Assembly (NCBI GenBank): GCA_963695345.1
Contig: OY968769.1
Coordinates: forward strand, 2,144,001 to 2,208,000
Reading direction: 5' to 3'
Length of the DNA: 64,000 bases
Origin: an uncultured Methanomassiliicoccales archaeon
Lineage (GTDB): Archaea; Thermoplasmatota; Thermoplasmata; Methanomassiliicoccales; UBA472
Part shown: positions 1 to 10,378 of the stretch, piece after piece
How the letters are laid out: every line of letters begins with the position of its first letter
How positions within the stretch are numbered: the stretch's first letter is position 1
Translations under genes and position numbers: made by a program
Notes under the pieces: generated by a model
The model's input: only the letters and a program-made list of their open reading frames with translations
Databases searched by the model: none
Told to the model about the DNA's origin: nothing

Positions 1-364
1 GCGGTGATGGAGCTTATCCCCGGCTCCACCTGGAATTCGATTTCCGGATACTTCGCCTGACATGATCTGGCAAAGCCTGGAGAAGGTGGAATAGAAGCTC
101 GGGTCACCGATCATTCCGAAGACCGCCGTTCCCTCCCTGGCGAACGGCGCGATGATATCCGCCTGGCTCTCCAGCTTCTTCCTGATGGCATCCTCGTCAT
201 CGGTCATCGGGAAGTCCATTATGACAGGGTCAGCATGGTCCCTTGACAAGGTCATAAGCAATCTTTCCGGGAACGAACACCTTGTCCGCCGTTCTCAGGA
301 GGCGCACCGCCTTCAGCGTCAGCAGTTCTTTGTCGCCAGGTCCTAGTCCCAATCCGATCAGCAT
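1..364 (-). CDS. cbiL: Cobalt-factor II / precorrin-2 C20-methyltransferase, 5' part (runs off window; +1 frameshift near nt 60)
   Basis: Not in the ORF track. Manual translation from ATG 364 gives [23 protein letters not shown]...[14 protein letters not shown]; removing one base near 60 restores ...[15 protein letters not shown]. Directly downstream of cbiT. Confidence 0.88.
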
Positions 365-365
365 C

Positions 366-899
366 TCAATCCCCTCCTTCCCTTCTTCCTACGATCACAA
401 AGACCGGATCGATCGGTTTGAACATTATCGAACCAGCCAACTGGTATGACCTCGAAACCTGCACTTGGACCGCTTCTCTGAATGTCCCAAGTTTTTTCAT
501 GGTGGACACGGCGTCCTCTAGGGTCCTTATGAGGACCGCATTTACCACCACGGTCCTTGTCTTCAGGCGATCGAGTTCCTCAAGTGTCTCCTTGAGTCCC
601 TTGGAACCTCCCAGGAACGCCACGTCCACCGATGGGTCGGTCTTCAGGAAATCTTCAGCCCTGCAATGATGGAACTCGATGTTCCCGACCTCCGCTTTCT
701 GCGTCTCGGCCTTGGCGCACTCTATCGCCTCAGGACGGACATCTACCGCGTAGACCTTGGAGCACAACCTAGCGGCGGCGATGCTCACTTTTCCGGTTCC
801 GCATCCTAGATCGGCGAACACGTCCCCCTTGCGCAGCCCTGCCTTGAACAGCGAGACGGCGAGCACCTCATCTTGCGTAGGTCCCCCTCGAAGTGTCAT
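366..899 (-). CDS. cbiT: Cobalt-precorrin-6B C15-methyltransferase (decarboxylating)
   Basis: GGPTQDEV N-terminal motif, SAM motif [26 protein letters not shown] 899 chosen because the longer ORF start runs through the promoter. Confidence 0.9.
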   Translation of the reverse strand: MTLRGGPTQDEVLAVSLFKAGLRKGDVFADLGCGTGKVSIAAARLCSKVYAVDVRPEAIECAKAETQKAEVGNIEFHHCRAEDFLKTDPSVDVAFLGGSKGLKETLEELDRLKTRTVVVNAVLIRTLEDAVSTMKKLGTFREAVQVQVSRSYQLAGSIMFKPIDPVFVIVGRREGGD

Positions 900-908
900 T
901 TGACCCCG

Positions 909-962
909 AGTTGGATGATACGTCCAACTAATATAAAAGACTATTGGATGTATCATCCAACT
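909..962. promoter_or_regulatory. Two TTGGA-N7-TCCAA palindromes flanking the TATA box of the cbiT operon
   Basis: 909-927 AGTTGGATGATACGTCCAA and the reverse complement of 944-962 AGTTGGATGATACATCCAA match at 18/19 positions. TTTTATAT on the minus strand (938-931) lies between them. Confidence 0.75.
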
Positions 963-1118
963 GGGTGTCCCGGTTTCGAATTTCCAAGGGTAAAATTCTC
1001 AATCCAGATGTTAGGGAATAACATTATAGAATGCTTCAAATAAGCATCCCCCTTATGTCCAATTCAAGGGGTTCGGTCCGTTCAACGGAACCGTTCGAAA
1101 GGCAGGGGGCGAACGTCG

Positions 1119-1754
1119 GTGTTACCGTTAATATTAGACACTCGCGGGAAGCGTGCCGTCGTGTTCGGGGGCGGTGAGGTCGGTCTACGCAAGGCTAGGT
1201 TCTTCGCCCGCGAGGCCGAGGTCACAGTCATCAGCCGGTCCTTTGTCCCCGGGTTCGAGACCTTGGATTCTAACATCACCAAGATCGTTTCGGAGATAGG
1301 CCCGGACCAGGAAGATCAGATCGACGAGGCTGATTTCGTCATCGTCGCCACGGAGAACCGGGAATTGAACGATCGGCTCGAGGCCAGGGCGATAAAGGCC
1401 GGGAAATACTGCAATCGGGCAGACGGGGTTTCCTCGTTCCTGATACCATCCATGGTAGAAGGACGAAATTTCATATTGGCGATCTCAACCTTGGGCAGGA
1501 GTCCGGCCATGTCCCGTTACCTCAGGGATTTTCTTGAGGAAACACTCGGTCCAGAAATGTCTGCCATGATCGACCTGCAGGAGGAACTAAGGGAAATGGC
1601 CAGGGGAATGATAGCAGACCAGGTCTCCCGGGAGAAGTTCCTCTGGAATATCCTCGAGGACAGAAGCATATGGGACGAGCTGGTCAAGGATCCCGAAAAA
1701 GCCCGGTCGATGGCGCTTGAGAAAATGGAGGCGGCACATGCAGACGATCTTTAG
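1119..1754 (+). CDS. sirC: Precorrin-2 dehydrogenase (SirC/Met8p/CysG N-terminal family)
   Basis: Rossmann motif VVFGGGEVGLRK and AISTLGRSPAMS; first gene of the hem operon. Confidence 0.92.
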   Translation: MLPLILDTRGKRAVVFGGGEVGLRKARFFAREAEVTVISRSFVPGFETLDSNITKIVSEIGPDQEDQIDEADFVIVATENRELNDRLEARAIKAGKYCNRADGVSSFLIPSMVEGRNFILAISTLGRSPAMSRYLRDFLEETLGPEMSAMIDLQEELREMARGMIADQVSREKFLWNILEDRSIWDELVKDPEKARSMALEKMEAAHADDL

Positions 1755-3060
1755 CGCTCACATCACGCACAAGAGCGCCGGTCTCGACCAGATGGAAGCC
1801 ATCGGAGGCCAAGAACCGGTAAAGATGCTATGCGACCTCAAGGCGTTGGACGGTGTCAAGGAATGCGCCATTCTCAAGACCTGCAATCGGGTCGAGATAT
1901 ACACCGTAACGGAGGAGTACGAGACCACCAGAAAGAATGTGGAAGAGTATGTCAACGGCTTTATCCCATTCAATAACCAGGAGAACCTGGTCCAGTTCCT
2001 GACCAACATGGACAGCGTGAAGCACCTGCTCAGGGTGTCCAGCGGCCTGGAATCCATGATCATAGGTGAGGACCAGATCCAGATGCAGGTGAAGGAATCG
2101 TTCGAACTGGCCCTGCGCGAGAAATGTCTTGGACCGGTACTCTCCCTGGCGTTCAGGAAGAGCATCAGCGTCGGGAAGAAGGTAAGGACCGAGACGGGAG
2201 TGAACAAGGGTTGCGTTTCCGTCGGTTCGGCAGCCGTCGAACTGGCTGAGTCAAAACTGAAAAGCCTGCAGGGCAAGAACGTCCTGGTCATCGGAGCCGG
2301 GGAGATGGCCACGCTGATCGCCAAGCACCTGATCGGAAAAGGCCCGGAGACCGTCTTCGTTTCCAACCGCACATATTCCAGAGCCGTCGAACTGGCCTGG
2401 GCATTGAATGGAAAGGCGGTGCGTTTCGATGCGCTCAATCATTTTCTTGCCCGGTCCGATGTGGTCCTGGTCGCGACCTCGGCATCGCACATGGTCCTAG
2501 AGAAGCGCCATCTGGAGGCCGCCATGGCCCTGAGGGTACAGAAGGGTCCGATGCTGGTGATCGATGTCTCCTTCCCGAGGAATGTGGCCTTGGATATCCA
2601 GGGGGTGCCGGATGTCCAATTGTACGACATCGACGGCCTGAGGGATGTGGCCGAAGAGAACATCCTTCGTCGTAAAAGTGAAATGCGCAACGCAGAGAGG
2701 ATCATCTCCGAGGAACTGGACCTGTTGAACCGGTCGCTCGAGGAGATGAGGGCAGGTATCATGCTGAGTCGCCTCTACCGCAAGTTCAACGACATCAGGG
2801 AACGAGAGGTGGCCAAGGCGTCGAACCGTCTGGCGTCGGGGGAGGATGCGAATCAGGTGATCGATGATTTCGCCAGGTCCCTGATGAAGCGTTTCCTGGC
2901 AGACCCCACCGGCGTGATCAAGGACGCAACCAGGCAGGGGGACGAACGCCTGCTGGACATAACGAAGGAACTTTTCAAGATCGAGGGTGATGGATATGTT
3001 TCCGGAGAGCAGACCGAGGAGATTGCGGATGAATGCCACGGTACGGGAGATGGTCCGTGA
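1738..3060 (+). CDS. hemA: Glutamyl-tRNA reductase
   Basis: [30 protein letters not shown]; GGAGG upstream of ATG 1738. Confidence 0.96.
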   Translation: MQTIFSAHITHKSAGLDQMEAIGGQEPVKMLCDLKALDGVKECAILKTCNRVEIYTVTEEYETTRKNVEEYVNGFIPFNNQENLVQFLTNMDSVKHLLRVSSGLESMIIGEDQIQMQVKESFELALREKCLGPVLSLAFRKSISVGKKVRTETGVNKGCVSVGSAAVELAESKLKSLQGKNVLVIGAGEMATLIAKHLIGKGPETVFVSNRTYSRAVELAWALNGKAVRFDALNHFLARSDVVLVATSASHMVLEKRHLEAAMALRVQKGPMLVIDVSFPRNVALDIQGVPDVQLYDIDGLRDVAEENILRRKSEMRNAERIISEELDLLNRSLEEMRAGIMLSRLYRKFNDIREREVAKASNRLASGEDANQVIDDFARSLMKRFLADPTGVIKDATRQGDERLLDITKELFKIEGDGYVSGEQTEEIADECHGTGDGP

Positions 3061-3971
3061 GACCAGGCTGTCAACGAAGGACCTGATAAGCCCGATGTTC
3101 GTGGACGAGAACATCATCAAGCCTAGGGAGATCCAGTCGATGCCTGGGATATTCAACCTCCCGATCGACCGGGTCGCCGGAGAAGCTGATGAGATCTCAA
3201 TACTTGGCATACCGGCTGTACTATTGTTCGGCTTACCGAAGCAAAAGGATGAAGAAGGCAGCGAGGCCTGGAGCTCCACGGGCATCGTCCAGAGGGCCAT
3301 CCGGGAGATCAAGAAGGGATCCAATGTGGCGGTGATAGCCGACCTTTGCCTCTGCGAGTACACATCACACGGTCATTGCGGAGAAGTGAGGGACGGCATG
3401 GTGCTGAACGACAAAACCATCGACCTGTACGGCCGCATCGCGGTCGCCCAAGCGACGGCCGGTGCCGATATGGTCGCGCCCAGCGGAATGATGGACGGCC
3501 AGGTTTCGGCGATCCGCAGGGCCTTGGACGAGGCGGGGTTCGAGAACGTTCCGATCATGTCCTATTCGGCCAAGTACGCTTCCGCCTTCTACGGCCCGTT
3601 CCGCGACGCCGTCCAATCGGCCCCACAGTTCGGGGACCGAAGGACGCACCAGATGGACCCTGGAAACGCACGTGAAGCGTTGCGGGAGATGGAGGAGGAC
3701 CTGAGGGAGGGCGCGGACATATTGATGGTCAAGCCCGCCCTGGCCTATCTTGACATAATCATGGAGGCGAGGGCGAGGTTCGACGCCCCAATCGCCGCAT
3801 ACAACGTGTCCGGGGAGTATTCGATGATCAAGGCTGCAGCCAGTAATGGCTGGATAGACCACGACCGGGCGATGATGGAATCATTGATATCGATCAGACG
3901 GGCCGGTGCCGATATGATAATCACGTATTTTGCCAAGGAGGCTGCGAAGTTGATCAGGGAGCGGTTACTGA
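2996..3971 (+). CDS. hemB: Porphobilinogen synthase (ALA dehydratase); reads through into hemL in this sequence, probably because of a +1 insertion near 3962
   Basis: RPRRLR, Zn site [42 protein letters not shown] stop/start overlap sits at 3969-3973, one base out of frame. Confidence 0.95.
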
Positions 3972-5252
3972 TGAACGAGAGGAAGAATTCCGAGGCGTTG
4001 TTCGAACAGGCCAAGAAGCTTATCCCAGGTGGTGTCTCCAGCCCGGTCCGAGCCTTCCAGCCCTACCCTTGTTACATCAGGAGCGGGAAAGGAAGCAGGA
4101 TCACCGACGTTGACGACAACGAGTACATCGACTATTGCATGGCCTATGGTCCCCTGATCCTCGGCCACGCCAACCCGAAGGTCATCAACGCCATCAAATC
4201 CCAGGCCGACCTGGGCACACTCTACGGAGCGCCGATCGAGATGGAGGTGGAATATGCCCGCCTGATCAACAGCTACTATCCATCCATGGAGATGATGCGG
4301 TTCGTCAACTCCGGAACCGAGGCAACGATGCATGCCATCCGTTTGGCCCGGGGGTATACCGGACGCAGGAAGATCATCAAGGTCGAAGGGGCGTTCCACG
4401 GTTCACACGATGCCGTGCTGGTCAAGGCCGGCTCAGGCGCCACGACTCATTCCATGCCCGATTCCGCGGGGGTCCCGGAAGAGGTGACGAAGAACACGTT
4501 GATCGTTCCGTACAACGATCCTGAAGCCGTACTCAGGACGATCCGTGAGAACAAGGGCGAGGTGGCGGCGATGATACTGGAACCGGTCATCGGCAACGCC
4601 GGTCCGATCCTGCCCAGGGAAGGGTATCTTGAGCGGCTTCGGGAGATCGCCACCGCCGAGGACGTCCTCTTGATCTTCGACGAGGTCATCACCGGATTCA
4701 GGCTGGCCATGGGCGGTGCCCAGGAATATTTCGGCGTCAGGCCGGACATCACGACCCTGGGAAAGATAGCCGGCGGCGGAATGCCCATAGGGATATTCGG
4801 AGCCTCGGAGGAGATCATGAGCAAGATCTCACCATCTGGCAATGTCTACCAGGCAGGAACCTTCAGCGGCAATCCCATGTCCCTAGCGGCGGGGATCGAA
4901 ACGGTCAAGGAGCTGGCCTGCCAGGGGCACGAGTCCTTGGATGCCAAGGGCGAGCGGATGAGGCAGGGGCTGGAGGGGATCCTCAACGAGTTCCATGTGC
5001 GGTACCGGGTGTCGGGCATCGGCTCCATGTTCCAGGTGTTCTTCACCACCGGGGGACGTGGCCAACTATCAGGATGCCAAGAGGAGCGACTCCGTCCTGT
5101 TCATGAAGGTGTTCCACAAAATGCTGGAGAACGGCATCTATCTCCCTCCCTCCCAGTTCGAGACGAACTTCATCTCCACAGCGCACACTGAATCGGACAT
5201 CGATGACACCGTGAACGCTTTCGCCATTTCGTTGGGAGAGGTGACCAAATGA
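3971..5252 (+). CDS. hemL: Glutamate-1-semialdehyde 2,1-aminomutase (+1 frameshift in G run near 5051-5055)
   Basis: [36 protein letters not shown]. The C-terminus [10 protein letters not shown]...STAHT is in ORF 4995..5252. Confidence 0.95.
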
Positions 5253-6130
5253 TACTGGGAACAAGGGGAAGCAGGCTGGCGTTGGCACAATCCGATATGG
5301 TCCTCAAGCTGATGAAGGAGAAGTTCCCGGCCGAGCCGGTGGAACTGAAGATCATATCCACCGTCGGCGACCGTGTGCACGATCAGCCCCTGGCGACCCT
5401 GGGCGGCTTCGGAGCCTTCGTCAAGGAACTGGATAACAAGATCCTCTCGGGAGAGATCGACATCGCCGTGAACAGCCTGAAGGACATGCCGGTGGTGCCG
5501 ACGGAAGGCACCGAGATCGTCGCGATCCTGCCCCGCGGGAACGTCGAGGACGTGCTGGTCTCCACCGTTCCACTCGAACGTATGCGGCCAGGATCGGTCA
5601 TCGGCACATCGAGCGTGAGGCGTCGCTGCCTCCTCCTGAACCTCCGGCCCGACCTGGTGGTCAAGGACCTCAGGGGGAACGTCCCGACCAGGGTGGACAA
5701 GATGAAGGACGGCTCTTTTGACGGCATACTCCTCGCCCGGGCAGGCATCGAGAGGCTGAACCTCGACTGCATGATGTATGTCCTGGACCCGGAGCAGTTC
5801 GTTCCCGCCGTGGGGCAGGGGGCGATCGCCATCGTCTGCAGGACAGGTTCTCCCTACGCCAAAATGCTGGCCACCTTCGACGACGCGGAGACGAGGGTAT
5901 GCGTGGAGGCCGAACGGTACCTGATGAGGTCCATGGGGGGCGGTTGCTCTATCCCCATCGGCATCTGGGCGACCAAGAACGGTGAGACTCTGCGTATCCG
6001 GGCAATCGTGCTGGACTCGGACGGCATGACCTCGTTCCGGCTGGACCGGTCGATCGACTTGGAACATCTTCAAGAGAGGTTGGATGAGCTTTCAAAGGAA
6101 CTCCTGTACGCGTGGGAGCTGGTGAAATGA
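5249..6130 (+). CDS. hemC: Hydroxymethylbilane synthase
   Basis: GTRGSRLALAQ, SLKDMP, GTSSVRR, LRGNVPTR, GGGCSIPIG. Confidence 0.96.
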   Translation: MILGTRGSRLALAQSDMVLKLMKEKFPAEPVELKIISTVGDRVHDQPLATLGGFGAFVKELDNKILSGEIDIAVNSLKDMPVVPTEGTEIVAILPRGNVEDVLVSTVPLERMRPGSVIGTSSVRRRCLLLNLRPDLVVKDLRGNVPTRVDKMKDGSFDGILLARAGIERLNLDCMMYVLDPEQFVPAVGQGAIAIVCRTGSPYAKMLATFDDAETRVCVEAERYLMRSMGGGCSIPIGIWATKNGETLRIRAIVLDSDGMTSFRLDRSIDLEHLQERLDELSKELLYAWELVK

Positions 6131-6876
6131 TGCCCAAGGGCGAGGTCTACCTGGTCGGGGCGGGTCCAGGCGACATCGAGCTGATAACCGTCAAGGGAAT
6201 GCGACTGATACGTGAGGCAGAGGTCATCGTCTACGACTCGCTGATCGGAATGGAACTGTTGGATTCCGCCCGGCCCGGTGTCGAAATGATCGATGTGGGG
6301 AAGCGCGGCTCATACCATAAGGCCGAACAAGATGAGATTAACCAGATCCTTGTCGAAAAGGCCAAGGAAGGGAAAATGGTCGTCCGATTGAAGGGCGGCG
6401 ATTCATTTCTGTTCGGCAGGGGCGGAGAGGAGGCGGAGGCGCTCAGGGCGGCTGGGATGACGGTCCATGTGGTGCCCGGTGTATCCTCTTCCCTCTCCGT
6501 ACCGGCGCTCTCCGGGATCCCGGTCACCCACCGGGACATGGCCTCGATGGTCACCATCGTGACCGGCCACGAATCGGCCATGAAGGACTCGGAGGTTCTG
6601 GACTGGAGCAACCTGGCAAAGCTCGGCGGGACCATCGTCATCATGATGGGAATGTCCAACCTGGCAAAGAACATGGAGCGCCTGGTGTCTGGGGGAATCG
6701 ACCCGCACACTCCGGTGACGGTGATCGAGAAGGGAAGCACTCCGGAGCAGAGGGTGGTCTCGGCCGAGATAACGAAGATTGCAGGGGAATGCAAGACCGA
6801 AGGCATCTCCTCCCCGGCGGTCATCGTCGTCGGCAAGGTAGCATCCCTGTACAAGACCCTGGGGGACCTCAGTTGA
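6127..6876 (+). CDS. cobA: Uroporphyrinogen-III C-methyltransferase
   Basis: VYLVGAGPGD, VVRLKGGD.F.FGRGGEE, GIPVTHR. Confidence 0.95.
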   Translation: MMPKGEVYLVGAGPGDIELITVKGMRLIREAEVIVYDSLIGMELLDSARPGVEMIDVGKRGSYHKAEQDEINQILVEKAKEGKMVVRLKGGDSFLFGRGGEEAEALRAAGMTVHVVPGVSSSLSVPALSGIPVTHRDMASMVTIVTGHESAMKDSEVLDWSNLAKLGGTIVIMMGMSNLAKNMERLVSGGIDPHTPVTVIEKGSTPEQRVVSAEITKIAGECKTEGISSPAVIVVGKVASLYKTLGDLS

Positions 6877-7664
6877 CCACGATAGCCATCCTCAGACCTA
6901 CCGACAGGCAGGAGGAATCGGTGGAATTGGCGCAGAAGATGGGCTTCGACACGGTCTTCGCTTCTCCGATCGACCTCAAGACAAACGACTCACCCGAGTT
7001 CGTCGAGTTCCTCCAGGGCCTGGCGAACGGCGATGTCGATGTCGTGATACTTACGTCATCAACGGCGGTGAAATCGACTTTCGAACTGGCCAGGAAGCAT
7101 GGGCAGGTGGAAGAGCTCAGTCGGGGGCTGCGGCAGGTCAAAGTGATCGCCATCGGTCCAATTACCGCCCGGACGGCCGAGGCCGAGTGGATCAAAGTGG
7201 ATACGTTGCCCGAGAAGTTCACCTCGGAAGGTCTGGTGCAGCTGCTCTCCAGGAAAAGCATGGCAGGCATGCAGGTGTCCATACTGAGGTCCGATCAGGG
7301 TTCCGACGTTCTGAGAAAGGGCCTCGCCGGTCTTGGAGCAATGGTGAAAGAGATCGAGGTGTACAGGCTAACCAAGATCAAGACCGGAAGGCCATTGCTG
7401 GACATGTTCTACAAGGGCATCCGGGGCGACATCGACGTGTTCGCGTTCACCAGCTCGATGTCGGCCAAGTCGTTCATCGATGAGGCTCGGAAGCATTACA
7501 CCGATGAGGAGGTCGACGATATGCTCGATTGCGCGATCATTGCGGCCATCGGGGAACCCACCAAGAATACCCTCGAGGACATGGGGGTCAGGGTCGACGT
7601 CATGCCGGAGAAGGCGACGTTCGAGGACCTTCTGACGGCGGTCAAGATGTCCCTCGGCAATTGA
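6873..7664 (+). CDS. hemD: Uroporphyrinogen-III synthase
   Basis: TTG start overlapping the cobA stop; ILTSSTAV, AIGPITA, FTSSMSA, AIGEPT. Confidence 0.9.
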   Translation: MTTIAILRPTDRQEESVELAQKMGFDTVFASPIDLKTNDSPEFVEFLQGLANGDVDVVILTSSTAVKSTFELARKHGQVEELSRGLRQVKVIAIGPITARTAEAEWIKVDTLPEKFTSEGLVQLLSRKSMAGMQVSILRSDQGSDVLRKGLAGLGAMVKEIEVYRLTKIKTGRPLLDMFYKGIRGDIDVFAFTSSMSAKSFIDEARKHYTDEEVDDMLDCAIIAAIGEPTKNTLEDMGVRVDVMPEKATFEDLLTAVKMSLGN

Positions 7665-7673
7665 TACGCCGGT

Positions 7674-8489
7674 CTACTTTTTTCTCTCCCTTAGCAGTAT
7701 CTCCAGCGCTTCGTCGACCGTTAGCGGGGGTTCGAACCCCACGCCGGTGAGGTCACCCCATTTCGACATGAGCCTGGAGAAGGATGGCAGCTCGAGGCGG
7801 GCCTCGTGGAGCACCTTCCTATCGGCAATGAGCGAACGGAAGTTACCGTCGAAGATCTTGCTGCGCTTCAGCACGATCACCCGGTCGGTCAGCTCGAAGG
7901 CGACGGAAAGGTCATGGGTGGCCAGGACGATGGTCTGGTCAAGGGAGTCCAGTACCTTCACCAGATCGCGGCGGCCCTGGGGGTCGAGGTTCGCCGTCGG
8001 TTCGTCCATCAGCAATGTCGGCGGGGACATGGCCAGCAGTCCGGCGATGGCCACCCTTTTCTTTTCCCCGGTGGAAAGCCGGTGCGGCACCCTGTCCCCG
8101 TAGCCCTCCACTCCGGCCAGCTCCATAGCTTTCGTTGCCCTTTGTCTGACATCGACCTCTTCCAGGCCCATGTTGATCGGACCAAAGGTCACATCCTCGT
8201 ACACCGTGGGCATGAATATCTGGTCATCAGGGTCCTGGAACAGCAGGCCGACCCCGCGGCGGGCAGCGGCCGCCGTCCTCCTGGTCAGTTCCACCCCGTT
8301 TATCCAAGCCTTGCCGGACGTGGGAACGAAAAGACCGGCCATGATATGGAGCAAGGTGCTCTTGCCCGCGCCGTTCGGCCCCACCAGGGCTACCCGTTCG
8401 CCCTTTTCTATCTCCAGGTCGATGTTCTCAATGGCGACATCAGCCTCCGGATACCGGTAAAGGACGTTCTCGAGCTTCAGTATGGCCAT
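7674..8489 (-). CDS. nikO: ECF transporter ATPase (NikO/CbiO family)
   Basis: GPNGAGKST, FQDPDDQIF, LSTGEKKR, DEPT, THD. Confidence 0.9.
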   Translation of the reverse strand: MAILKLENVLYRYPEADVAIENIDLEIEKGERVALVGPNGAGKSTLLHIMAGLFVPTSGKAWINGVELTRRTAAAARRGVGLLFQDPDDQIFMPTVYEDVTFGPINMGLEEVDVRQRATKAMELAGVEGYGDRVPHRLSTGEKKRVAIAGLLAMSPPTLLMDEPTANLDPQGRRDLVKVLDSLDQTIVLATHDLSVAFELTDRVIVLKRSKIFDGNFRSLIADRKVLHEARLELPSFSRLMSKWGDLTGVGFEPPLTVDEALEILLRERKK

Positions 8490-9214
8490 GCGATCACTCC
8501 ATTCTGCATCGCGATCGAGACAAGAACCGTGATCCCGAACACCAGGGCAAGGACGCCGTCCCTGGCATGCACCCGCGGTCTCCTCAGGGTGCGCACCTCG
8601 CCGTCATATCCTCGCATGAGCAATGCATCGAACATATCGGATCCTCTCTGGTTCGATCTGACGAAGATCATTCCTATGCTGCTCGAAATTGTCCTGAACG
8701 CCTGTTGTTCGAAAAGGTGTCTGCCTCCGGAGAAGCCCCTGGCCTTCCGCGCCATCTTCATCCTGGCGGCCTCGTCCTGCAGCACGAAGATGAACCGGTA
8801 GGTGAACAGCATCAGGTTGGTCAGTATCTTGGGCATCCTGAACCACCGGAACGCGCCCATCAGCTCGAAGAACGGGGTGGTGGTGGTCAACAGGACCAGC
8901 GCCAGGACCGAGGCGGAGACGCGGATGAACATCATCTCGGCGTTGCTCAGCGTGGATGTGAAAGCCAAGGCCAGCGAGGCCACGAAGATGAAGGGGAGGG
9001 CCAGCAGGTAACCGTCAAGAACATGTCGGCCGGGGACCCTGGATATGGCCAACATGGAGACTACGAAGATCAGGATCACCAGCAATGATAGGATGTCCCT
9101 GAGGAAAGCGGCGGTGACGACCAATACGATCGTCGAGACCAGCTTCACCCGGGCGTCGAAAAGGAAGAACCTCGACCCCTTTGCGAATCGGTCCATCTCA
9201 TCGTGGTGGGACAA
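8477..9214 (-). CDS. nikQ: ECF transporter T component (NikQ/CbiQ family)
   Basis: DARVKL, FTYRFIFVL, ARKARG and LMRGYDG motifs; membrane protein. Confidence 0.9.
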   Translation of the reverse strand: MSHHDEMDRFAKGSRFFLFDARVKLVSTIVLVVTAAFLRDILSLLVILIFVVSMLAISRVPGRHVLDGYLLALPFIFVASLALAFTSTLSNAEMMFIRVSASVLALVLLTTTTPFFELMGAFRWFRMPKILTNLMLFTYRFIFVLQDEAARMKMARKARGFSGGRHLFEQQAFRTISSSIGMIFVRSNQRGSDMFDALLMRGYDGEVRTLRRPRVHARDGVLALVFGITVLVSIAMQNGVIAWPY

Positions 9215-9262
9215 GGCGCTTCATCCTGATTCAGGTCATGGATAAATGGTTTGCCTCTGAGT

Positions 9263-10225
9263 TCAGAGGGCATCTCGGGCTGGCGGCGCTTCCTTCTTGC
9301 TGGAACGTCCCTTCGCCCTCCAGTATAGGAGGACCAGGCCGACGGTGATCGAGAACCCTACCAATCCTGCCACCAGCGCAGCGAAGTAGCTGTCCCCATA
9401 GCTCATCAGACCGGTGAAGACCGGAGCGACCTCGTTCAGACCTGCCTTTTCCATGGTGACCTCGAGACCGTCCCCGTAGGCGGCTGAGAAGGCGAAGAAA
9501 CCGACCAGCCCCACCGAGAAGGCCAAGATCAGGCCGAACGCCGCCCTTGCCAATCCTTTGGCCTTCACCGGTGACGCACCATCAAGCCCATGCCGGAACC
9601 GGAGCGTACCGGGCGAAACCTTCGCCAGATAGAGGACCACACCGGCCGTGATGGTCGCCTCCCCTATGCCGATAAGCACATGGTACAGGAACATCGCCGG
9701 GACCGCTATTCCGGCCGTGATCCCGTAGGCCCCGCCCGAGAGGACAAAGCTCAGCGAGAGCTCGAGCGCGGCGATGAGGGCCGCTATGACCACCGAAAGC
9801 CACGCCCCAAATGCGATGCCGACCTTCTCGAACCTGCCGGAGAACGTCCTCAGGGCAGCCCAGGTGATCAGCGGGGCGACAACGGCCATGTTGAGAAGGT
9901 TGATGCCCAGCGCCGTTATGCCGCCGTCCCCGAAAACGAAGCATTGAATGATCAGGATGGTAGTTATCACGGCCATGGCCGCCGCCGGGCCAAGGAGGAT
10001 GACCGCCAATGCGGCGCCTATCAGGTGGCCGGTGGTTCCTCCGCCTACCGGGAAGTTCAACATCTGGGCGATGAAAATGCCACCTGCCAGGACGGCCATG
10101 AACGGTATCAGGCGTTCATCCATGCCCCGGTTCAATTTCCGGATGGCCAAGGCGATGGCGGGGACTGCGATCAGCCAACCGATGATCAGGACCTCCGGCG
10201 ACATCAGACCGTCAGGGATGTGCAT
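9263..10225 (-). CDS. nikMN: ECF substrate-binding component, NikM-NikN (PDGLE-like) fusion of the CbiM family; nickel-type
   Basis: N-terminus MHIPDG (NikM-type; CbiM is typically MHIMEG), GTTGHLIG, FGDGGITALG, C-terminal GDGLE domain. Confidence 0.88.
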   Translation of the reverse strand: MHIPDGLMSPEVLIIGWLIAVPAIALAIRKLNRGMDERLIPFMAVLAGGIFIAQMLNFPVGGGTTGHLIGAALAVILLGPAAAMAVITTILIIQCFVFGDGGITALGINLLNMAVVAPLITWAALRTFSGRFEKVGIAFGAWLSVVIAALIAALELSLSFVLSGGAYGITAGIAVPAMFLYHVLIGIGEATITAGVVLYLAKVSPGTLRFRHGLDGASPVKAKGLARAAFGLILAFSVGLVGFFAFSAAYGDGLEVTMEKAGLNEVAPVFTGLMSYGDSYFAALVAGLVGFSITVGLVLLYWRAKGRSSKKEAPPARDAL

Positions 10226-10237
10226 TTTCAAACCACC

Positions 10238-10324
10238 GTAACACGATTTATTTTTTTGTGTTACTCGGTAATGGCCAGAGGTATATATTACTTAGCGTAA
10301 CACTTATTCGGTAAACTTGTTACG
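10238..10324. promoter_or_regulatory. Tandem GTAACAC-N13-(G/T)TGTTAC operators flanking the nikMN TATA box (NikR-like)
   Basis: Perfect site at 10238-10264 and a one-mismatch site at 10297-10323; TAATATATA on the minus strand (10290-10282) lies between them. Confidence 0.78.
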
Positions 10325-10378
10325 ATTTTCGGCGGGGAGTGGAACACTCGATCTCCAGTTCCCTAACGCGCCGCATTC

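Noticed and set aside
7720-7747. GGGGGTTCGAACCCC resembling a tRNA T-arm
   Set aside because: It lies antisense within the nikO coding sequence, and no D-arm, anticodon arm or acceptor stem can be formed.
10226-10378. Cobalamin riboswitch upstream of the CbiM-family gene
   Set aside because: No B12-box or riboswitch core is visible; the region is short, AT-rich and explained by TATA plus DNA palindromes.
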